Below, one piece after another: positions 11,701 through 20,000 of a stretch of 20,000 bases of DNA. Numbering within the stretch: the stretch's first letter is position 1; every line of letters begins with the position of its first letter. The stretch covers positions 108,937-128,936 of the forward strand of contig NOWV01000206.1 of NCBI GenBank assembly GCA_003344405.1, read 5' to 3'. Under the pieces are notes generated by a model. It was not told the DNA's origin. It did no database searches and saw only the letters and a list, made by a program, of their open reading frames with translations. The position numbers and the translations under genes were made by a program. This DNA is from Trichoplax sp. H2 (taxonomy: Eukaryota).

Positions 11701-14700
11701 AATGAAATTATTTTGAACGGAAAGATAGCTTTAATTAGAACTTACCCCCTATTAAGAGTTATTATTTCTCAATAATTTTAATACGAAGCATTTAAGGTTA
11801 TCTTAATTGTCAGTAAATAGATTAATCTAATTGAAATAATAAGTGATTATACGAATACTATTTTAATTTTATACAGGTGCTATGTTAGCAATAAATGATA
11901 CATCCCACTGTGATATAAATAATAGCCAATAACTATAAGCTTGATTGATAGACAATAGATAAAGTTAATGGCGGCCTTTCAGTATGTTGGCTAACAATAA
12001 TGCCAACCAACAAAGTCACTCTATCACAATCTGTGAACAATTGAAAACTTGATCGCATTTATAGCTATAATGATAGCGCTATCTAGTCATCTTATTTCTC
12101 TTTTATCTGCCAAATAGACTTTTCCAGTAAAATTTGATTATGCTGTATATAATAGATTATTAACCATAATGAATGGTAACTTTATTACTATACAAATCTA
12201 TTATTCCAAGGTTAGTATGCCCTTAACCCGTAATTATATGATTTGATTTTAAGCAAGTTCTTATTCTTTTAAACTTATCATCCTTCCATCAGCAAGCTAA
12301 AAATGAACAATGTGAACTAAAATTAAAACCGGTTTCTATCACAATAAATGCTGTAATTAAGAACGTAATATTTCCGAAACCTATCAGTAGGATGCCAATG
12401 GTTTATTTCATTAATATTAGTTATACATAAACAAACTTTCATAATTTCTTTTACAATTCACTACCAGCTGCTGATTTAACTTCGTACTTACTCTTTATCT
12501 CTAACAGCTGTTACAGACACAAATTTACTGCAAAATGATGCATTGAGGTTAATTATAGGCTAAATTATGCAACTATGTGTTTGTAGACTTCGATATCATG
12601 TCCGTTTACGAATCAAGAATGAACGCTTAAAGGTGAAAAGAATTATGAATTTCATATTTTCAGATGACGAATCTTTTACTATCTGATTAACATAACAATT
12701 CTAGCCTAGAACCGCTTGATCAATTTTAAAGTTCAACCTTGACCTAAATAAATGATTTAGTGATAAGATCAGCAAATCATTGGATTAACAGTTCCTCCCG
12801 GAACCGTTTATGTATTTTTCATTTAATTTTAACTTTAATGGCATGAAAGTGAAAAATTAACTAATGTACGGCCGACAGTACGGTTTCTACTTTAACGCAC
12901 ATGTTCGGATATTCAAACTTACTTGTTAGCCATACTAGAATTGCCAATCCAGCTAAAACTTGTGATAGGTTCAGGTTTGTTTTTTATTAGGAGAAAACAA
13001 CAGATAGACCATTGTCACCCACACGAGTAATACCACTGACTACTCTCTTCTAATGTGAGTGAACAACTAACTTACCAGCTACTTAGTCACCAACTAACTA
13101 TGGATACTGTAAGCAAGACTAACAACTTCCTCACAAGTATAATAAGCGGCTTGTTGTAAGATTAGTTTATGAGCTTTTACTTCTGGTCATACCATGAGAG
13201 TAATACTGCCATGTCTACAATAGTGGAAGAAATTTTCGAGCTCATTTCATTTAATTTTGATCCAACCACGAAACTTATACATGTAAATTCTACAGTAGTC
13301 ATAAGAGCCTTGAGGTCATCATAATTAAATCCATATAAGACGTACTTTACCTCAAGACTAAACGTACAAGTATCATATCGAGTATATTATGCCTTTAATC
13401 TCTCTGCTATATATAACTATACAACTAATACAAGAAAAGTACGATGTATTTCATCCTCACAAATTGCGATTTGCAACACTTTTAGGCAAAAAAACAACTT
13501 TATCTGCTTAAATCATTGCAATATTCTTAGTTGTATTTTGCTGTATTATGACTTTATTATTAGAACATCATTGCTACAGTATAACGACATTAACGACACC
13601 AGCAAAGCATACCATTATATAAATAGTAATGAAAGCATGCACAGATAGAATTGAGAGATTAATGACGGTTTCTTATCTAATCTGAGATAAAAAAAATTAC
13701 GTAAGTAAGTAAAATGCATTCCATTAATAAATAAAGTACCGTATTTGAAAAATTGATAGAAGCAGCACTATAATTATACATACACGACTTATACATGTTT
13801 GACGAGTGTATTGACAACTTACCGACTTCAATAAAGAATATTAAAAGTAGGATCGTGCAACAAAATTTAATCTATGAATTAGGAAATTATACGAATAAAA
13901 CACATAAAATAACAATTAGCAAAGAAAATGAATTGAAATACAAACTTAGCACCATAAAGATTCCAACATTGAAATTTTACATTAAGTTGCTAGAACGACA
14001 CGACAAAAACTCGGTTTCTGATACTCTTATTACAACCAAATCTTTAACCTACATTGACAGAATCAAACAGTATCCTTGATATTCTGTGATAAATCTATTG
14101 CAACATGGTATATCTAACAACTAATAATCGCGTTATGAATTTCGTAAGATTGATCTTACCAATATTGTTCGCCTCCTTTACAATATTATAGTTGTTATAT
14201 TAGAATCGTCACTCTTTGAATAAATATTATAAACTTCTAATTATTTTACTACGCTCTACATTATGCAGCTGAATCATTTAAGAAAAATTCATTAGCCTTG
14301 ATATCAACAAGCGGATTGCGTGAACGTTGTACATAGATTACGTAGAAGTTGAAATTTTCTATTTTTAACTCTTAACTTGGCCACCTACGCTTTCAGAAAT
14401 GAAATTTTAATCTTTAGTCATATGTGTTAACCTATTTACTGTAGCAATACTACTATAGGGCCCTCTTTATGTTATAATTGTCAATTCTTGAACTAGCATT
14501 TTTATTGGGGATAAGCTATTTATATTATTGCCTTTACATTTACCACATGTAGCGTTTTCAATCATAGCAAAGTTTAAAAATAACACTCAAATTATTACTA
14601 ATTACCGTAACGAATTGGGTATCGCATAAATTCAATTACTACGTGAACTTTGATAGAACTATAATAGAGAAAAAATAAAACACATTTATAGATTAATTTA

Positions 14701-14940
14701 TGTCAATAATGATGCACCAGGTGTTTTCATTATCAAAGGCTTCTTTAGACTATTTTTGTAATAAAGCCAATAATAAAAACAGTATGGCCAGCGATTTAAC
14801 CTATGATTAATTCCTACTGTAACTTAATTAAATAGAATTAGTAATACATAATATGAGAAAATAATGAATATAAGTATCTTTAATAACCATAGTTCGATGG
14901 AAAACAAAAAATCATTTACTAGCCAATTATACCATATAAA

Positions 14941-14961
14941 ATTATTATTTTCTTTTCGTAG
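14941..14961 (+). promoter_or_regulatory. Putative 3' splice site of a 5'-UTR intron of the second GPCR
   Basis: attattattttcttttcgtag|G ends at 14961; the following 203 nt up to the start codon contain no ATG. Confidence 0.5.
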
Positions 14962-15164
14962 GTACAAAAATATTTTACACAAGCGTAAGCTTATTGGTGA
15001 GCTGATTAATTTACTACCGAATCATCCTTTTAAATATAACGACCTAATCATCTTTCCACGCTATCGCTTAAGCTCGGTAAGATCGCAGCTACTTGGTGAA
15101 AGAGGTCGACTTCAAATCGATAAGCTATAAAGAGTATATTTAAATTGAAAGTGAAGCATAAAAA

Positions 15165-16208
15165 ATGGGACCATCACCAATTGTCGATATCGGTATTGCT
15201 GTAATTTATATAATCATGTTGGCAATTTCTATACCCGGTAATGCCTTAATAGCATTAGTCATTTTTAAAGAGGCTCCTTTACGCACTCCGATGAATTTAT
15301 TGGTTTGTAATATAGCAATAGCAAGTCTACTGATTGGCATAATGAGAGTTCCATTTAAAATTTTCTCTCTAATGCATTTCAATATGGATTATCCCTTTTC
15401 TGTCGCCATGTGTCAATTCCAGCAGTTATTACCGACCGCTGGAGTAATGGTCATTTCGTTAACTTTAACAACTATCTGCGTAGATCGCTATATAGCGATT
15501 GTCCATCCTCTTAAGAAATACTTAAAACTTAGTAAATGTAGAACTACATTTCTCATATTTGGCTATTGGATGTTATCACTAGCATACTTTGCACCTTATG
15601 CTAGCTTTAACGAATTATATGAATATCAATCCAGAAATTATTGTATACCAATCTATCCAGAGTCGCCGGATGATATTGTCCTTACTAGAAATGAAACAAC
15701 CGGTAAAGCTTTATCTTCAATCGAATTGTCAAGGCTGATTAATTGGATCTTCTTTGGATCGCTAGCCTTTTTAATACCAGCGCTTATCATGATTGTGCTA
15801 TATTCGAAAACCATCTACACATTATGGTTTAGTAAAGCTCCATGTGATCGTACTCAAATCAATATTCACCACTTACAAGAAAGGCTGAGAAAAAATAGGA
15901 AAGCTATTAAATTACTCGTCGCTTGCTTCCTATCATTCATTATCTTCAATACCCCTTATTATACTATTTTTCTCCTTATGGATTTAAAGCAACTAACAAT
16001 AGATCGTGCTTACAGCGGAATTCTTATTAACATTTTAATATTTTTCAATTACTCTTCCATCGCTTATAATGCAATCATTTATGGCTACTTTAATTTAAGT
16101 ATAAGAGAGCGCATATTGGTAGCATGTAAAATGTCAGTTCGAAAAGCATCCTATCGTATTATAAGTAGATTTAGCAAATCTGAACATCTTGAAATATCTA
16201 CTGTTTAA
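15165..16208 (+). CDS. Class A (rhodopsin-like) 7TM GPCR, paralogue of 7647-8756, 347 aa, uninterrupted ORF
   Basis: TM1 SIPGN, TM2 NIAIASL...RVPF, TM3 CQFQQLLP...ICVDRYIAIVHP, TM4 W, ECL2 YCIPIYP, TM5 FLIP...LY, TM6 FIIFNTPYY, TM7 YNAIIYGYFN. It shares many identical blocks with the first receptor. An in-frame TAA lies at 15159-15161, just upstream of aaaaATG. Confidence 0.95.
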   Translation: MGPSPIVDIGIAVIYIIMLAISIPGNALIALVIFKEAPLRTPMNLLVCNIAIASLLIGIMRVPFKIFSLMHFNMDYPFSVAMCQFQQLLPTAGVMVISLTLTTICVDRYIAIVHPLKKYLKLSKCRTTFLIFGYWMLSLAYFAPYASFNELYEYQSRNYCIPIYPESPDDIVLTRNETTGKALSSIELSRLINWIFFGSLAFLIPALIMIVLYSKTIYTLWFSKAPCDRTQINIHHLQERLRKNRKAIKLLVACFLSFIIFNTPYYTIFLLMDLKQLTIDRAYSGILINILIFFNYSSIAYNAIIYGYFNLSIRERILVACKMSVRKASYRIISRFSKSEHLEISTV

Positions 16209-16666
16209 GTTATGAACAAGTTTCTAGATATTACCTGATTAATTGCTTATTTTTTTTAATTATCTGCGATAATTTCGCGCTAATCAATACACAGTATTGT
16301 ATGGACCTTGTGTTTTCTACAATAATGCATCGAAGAGTAATCGATGCCATAAAATGAGCTACCATATCATATAGTAAATGATAAGGTTTCGTTTTGAGCA
16401 ACAGACTCAGAATTAAGATTAGATCCAAAGGATTCTACATGTATATTAAAGTATCTGAAAAGTTACTTACAGCACAGCTATAATAATTATGCTAACAACA
16501 TCATCAAGAAATTTCTAAAACAAATGATTAAAAGGTTACTGTCAAGAAATTAGACTCATTATCGGTACACACATAGGCGATATTCACTTTGGAAAAGTAC
16601 TTTAATCTATCAGCCATATGTGAAATACTTACAGCTCTACCAATAAATGATTGTTATAGCAAACTA

Positions 16667-16708
16667 CCCCCCCCCCCNNNNNNNNNNNNNNNNNNNNCCC
16701 CCCCCCCC
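16667..16708. other. Poly-C homopolymer interrupted by a 20-N assembly gap
   Basis: C11 (16667-16677), N20 (16678-16697), C11 (16698-16708). Confidence 0.95.
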
Positions 16709-17699
16709 ATAACCAGACAATTTCTGATGAATTATCTCTTCTTGCTATCTTTATAATATACGTAAAATGTCGGTTTGGTACATTGTCACAATTCACTGTA
16801 AGTTTGAATAGCTGTTGTACGTATTAATTATACAAATGATAATTAATTATTATCAATGCTTGCATATTCGGGCATCAAAATTGATTAAATTGTGTTACTA
16901 TAATTTCCTTTTACTCGCCTTGGTCATTTTTTTTGAAGATCAGCCAAATCCGATCGTAGCAAGTAATGTTGTTAAATTCCGGACTACAATACAAATATTA
17001 TGATAGTAGTGTAAAAGAACATTATATAATAACCTGGCTGTTTACTACCTGTAAGACACAGCTCCTTCTCACTCCTTACCGAAAATTTATTTTTAATTAA
17101 TGATATAATAAAGAAGTTCAAATGGAGTATAATAAGGAAAATCTATTCTACTTCTTTGGTCAATTGATTGCAAAATGTGCTTTTCGATATAGTTTCTCTA
17201 TATATGTACTGTATGTCAGCTGTTTGTGTCCTATCAGTATTAAACAAAATTTGGAGAGAAACTATGGTGCAAGAAACATACTGTAATAATGCTATCTTAA
17301 TAAGTCATCAATGAATTCTTTATCCTTTTCTTCCGTCAAATTGCAGCATTTATAAAGGCAGAAACATTAGTCTACAATAGAAGGTCCAGTACTTTGCCAT
17401 AACGCATACTATAATATCTATCAAACTTTTTTGATCACCATTCCTGCATTTACGTTGGCATCTTCAATACATATAGGTACAAAATTAATGTTGTCTTACT
17501 TGCAGTGTCTTACTATTGGAAGTGCTTCACTCACATGCATACGATTGTCAAGCTAAAGAATGGGTTCTGTATGTATGAGAGCCAGCAAAGTGGAGTAAAA
17601 TGATAGATGCATACAAGTAATTATGCATATCGGATGCATTACTTGTCCGCATTATTATTAATGCTTGCGTTGTTTGTGCGCCTATTCATACAGACAAGT

Positions 17700-17720
17700 A
17701 ATAAAATAAAATAAAATAAA
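17700..17720 (+). repeat. Short (AATAA)n / (TAAAA)n microsatellite, about 4 units
   Basis: aataaaataaaataaaataaa read directly from the sequence. Confidence 0.8.
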
Positions 17721-17972
17721 TCCTGAATGCATGCATTGGCTGTACTGTAGACACTGTACAGTACAGTAATGCTACGCCAGTTCAATATCATATCATGCTA
17801 ATGTTTATAACCCATTAAAAAAAAAAACAATAATGGCTTTACTTGCAGTTCACTACTTCATTTTAGATTGCCTTTTGCGACAGTTAGGAAAATAATTCGA
17901 TCAAGCGCTCAAGACGAGGCTAATGAGCATTACTAAGTCAGACATTAACCATAAGCCTACGGAACTGTTAGT

Positions 17973-18225
17973 AGGGACTACCAAGAAGAAAGGGACGGAC
18001 CGACAACAGTCGTCAGTATACTAAAAATGAGTGGGCTGACTATTTTGCTGGTCATCTCGGCTGAACCTCTTTACAGTACTGTATGTCTGGAACGATACAC
18101 TGTACGGTTTCGCTGATAGCGTATAGTAGAATGACCAGAAAAATGATCAGCCTATTCATGATTTTAGACTGAACGGCCGCCACGCGTCCCTCTCTTTTTA
18201 GTACTACTGTAGTACTGTAGTCCCT
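17973..18225. mobile_element. Fold-back / MITE-like element, copy A (~250 bp, degenerate long terminal inverted arms)
   Basis: Termini are agggactac...gtagtccct. The left arm (17973-18055) aligns with the reverse complement of the right arm (18131-18225), e.g. atgagtgggctgactattttgctggtcat vs atgaccagaaaaatgatcagcctattcat, and aagaagaaagggacg vs cgtccctctcttttt. No clean TSD is visible. Confidence 0.55.
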
Positions 18226-19080
18226 TTACACTGTACACTGTACAGTACTGTACTCTAGAGACCCTTAATAGAGTCTCTTTTCAGGGTCTCCACTGTACAG
18301 TGTACAGTGTACAGTACTGTATCGTTCTACAAATACTGTACACTGTACAGTACAGTATACAGTAGTACAGTACTGTACTGTACTGTACAGTATAATAGGG
18401 GGCACGGAATGAGTTGCAACGAAGTAATGGGGATTTACTGATAATTGGATGGAAACATTTCATAATAGAATATTTATGCTTATTGCAGAACATATTAACG
18501 GTTAAATAAAAAAATTGGCGATTAACTATAGCCTATAATGACAGAGTTACTTCGATTGAATGTTAAAACTTTTGAATAAAAGAAAATGTGAAAAAAACAG
18601 TGAGTGATGTCGAACCAACCGCAATCATACTGTACTCTTACGGTCTTACCATACACTCGCACGGTACAGTATACTGTATACAGTACCCTACGCTATGCCA
18701 TGGATTGCTTGCTAAAAAAGACCGGTGTCGCAAAATTTTCAATGGAAATAAAATGTCTGATTATGTAATCCGTTATATGCCCTTGGCTTATCTGCCGTAC
18801 TCTTTTTAGCGGACTACAAAATAAATGCTGTCAATAGTATAAATATCTTTCGTAGTTTAAAGCACCCAGTGACAGTGACACTGTCCTGTCCTCTACAGTA
18901 CACTGTACAATTTTCTACAGTACTGTACTGTAGAAAATTACCCACTAATTACATGTTCAAGCCATGCATTTGCGATCCATTTTGTACAAATTGATATATA
19001 ACTTGGAATCTCGAATGGATGAGATCACGTTGTCAGCTGTATTCAACTCTACGGTGGCATTCGTAGTACTGATAGTGTGC

Positions 19081-19435
19081 AGGGACTACAGTACTGTAGT
19101 GCTATAATGTACTAAAAGAAAAGGAAAGAGAGACGTAAAGCGAAATAAGGTCATGTGGGGAGGCCTGTCAAAATTTTCCGCCCATTCTACGATACGGTAC
19201 CCATGAAACGTACTGTATATTGCACAAAACCAAGTTAGCAGCGTATTAGCAGCTAATTTCGATGTCAACCGTAGACAGGGTAGTGTGCCGTTCTAGCCAT
19301 GCGATATAGTTGAGATGAGCAAAACAAAGAATCGGCCTCCACATTATTAATACTGTACAGTGTAGTCCACGGTCGCAGAAGTCCCTCTTTCGGTCCTTTC
19401 CTTTTTCGTGCAATGACAGCGTGTCCACTACAGTA
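19081..19435. mobile_element. Fold-back / MITE-like element, copy B, inverted relative to copy A, with a longer central part
   Basis: It begins agggactacagtact, a 15-bp exact match to the reverse complement of the right end of copy A. Further blocks are homologous to reverse-complemented copy A (cattctacgatacg vs cattctactatacg; gagatgagcaaaacaaagaatcggcc vs gagatgaccagcaaaatagtcagcc; tcggtcc). Its own arms are atgtggggaggcc / ggcctccacat and tactgtagtg / cactacagta. Confidence 0.5.
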
Positions 19436-20000
19436 ATCCGTAACATTTCCTTGCGACACATCCAAATATGCCGCTGAAAGAATGTAAAGTGTACAACACA
19501 GTATACCTTCATTATACTTGGTCAAGTAAATATGTCAAGATTGAACAAAATGAGCTATAGTGATCAATCCAGGTCTTCTTCTTCTAGTCTATGATACTGT
19601 ACAGTGTACTGTGTACATTGTACAATCACTGTACGCCAATGTCACAAATTTCGTTTGTTACCATGAATTCTTCTTCTCTGATGACCTGGGAGATGCGGGA
19701 AATTTCGAATTTATGGTACCAACGTACTGTACCAACAGAAAGTGGTCCTGGTCCTGTAGTACTGTACACTATACTGTACTCAGTGTACTGTACTGTACTG
19801 CACAGACTGTGTAACTAACCATGCATATCCCCCGTTATTAATAATGCACTACGTAACGACATGTAACAGTACTGTACTGTATACATAAGTCTCATTTGTA
19901 CTGTAGCGGAAACGCTCTTCAGAAGAAGAGTAAGAAGCATAGGGGCAAAATTGCTAAACGACTAAATGACTTCCTTACTTTCTTGCCACTCTCGAGCTTC

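Larger units (their letters stand above)
17741..19905. repeat. Region enriched in TACTG/CAGTA/TGTACA-based short repeats and palindromes
   Basis: The 12-bp palindrome TACAGTACTGTA occurs at 18072, 18241, 18310, 18366, 18916 and 19087, with many variants (17741-17768, 18333-18393, 18664-18687, 19593-19634, 19755-19805, 19866-19884). Such clusters are not seen in the first 17.7 kb. Confidence 0.85.

Noticed and set aside
1093..14079. Short intergenic ORFs (1093-1392, 2245-2430, 5370-5576, 9182-9370, 9256-9465, 9709-9972, 13795-14079)
   Set aside because: Their I/K/N/F/Y-rich composition is what random AT-rich DNA gives, several lack ATG starts, and none has domain motifs or GPCR pseudogene remnants.
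14864..15130. 88-aa ORF just upstream of the second GPCR
   Set aside because: It stops before the GPCR, spans a likely splice acceptor and has no recognisable motif.
16231..17003. Short ORFs at 16231-16428 and 16815-17003
   Set aside because: Non-ATG starts and no motifs; the first lies antisense to the likely 3' UTR.
19678..19715. Hammerhead-ribozyme-like core CTGATGA...GAAA
   Set aside because: Stem II is poor and lacks the usual purine-pyrimidine closing pair, and no stem I forms next to the core; an alternative hairpin explains the flanks.
18281..19818. ORFs rich in Y/C/T/V in the repeat region
   Set aside because: They are translations of TACTG/CAGTA repeats, with no transposase, reverse transcriptase or helicase motifs.
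17741..19905. CRISPR-like array interpretation of the recurring palindromes
   Set aside because: There is no constant repeat length or regular spacer period, the context is eukaryotic and there are no cas genes.

Overview
AT-rich eukaryotic (animal) genomic DNA. The intronless tandem rhodopsin-type receptors and base composition suggest an early-branching metazoan such as a placozoan, but this is inference only. The window holds two complete, same-strand, paralogous class A GPCR ORFs (7647-8756 and 15165-16208) resembling neuropeptide/RFamide-type receptors. An open frame at 1-201 is probably the C-terminal tail of a preceding gene. Both receptors keep DRY and the TM3-ECL2 cysteines but have lost the canonical Na+-pocket/toggle residues (D2.50, S3.39, W6.48). 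Both carry Arg/Lys in TM2, have very short N-termini and have a long ECL2 with an N-glycosylation sequon; the second also has NPxxY changed to NAxxY. The non-coding DNA includes a perfect 21-bp hairpin (2149-2198), a motif repeated at similar distances upstream of both receptors, and a 20-N assembly gap inside a poly-C tract. The last ~2.2 kb (17741-19983) is packed with TACTG/CAGTA palindromes and holds two inverted copies of an unrecognised fold-back element.
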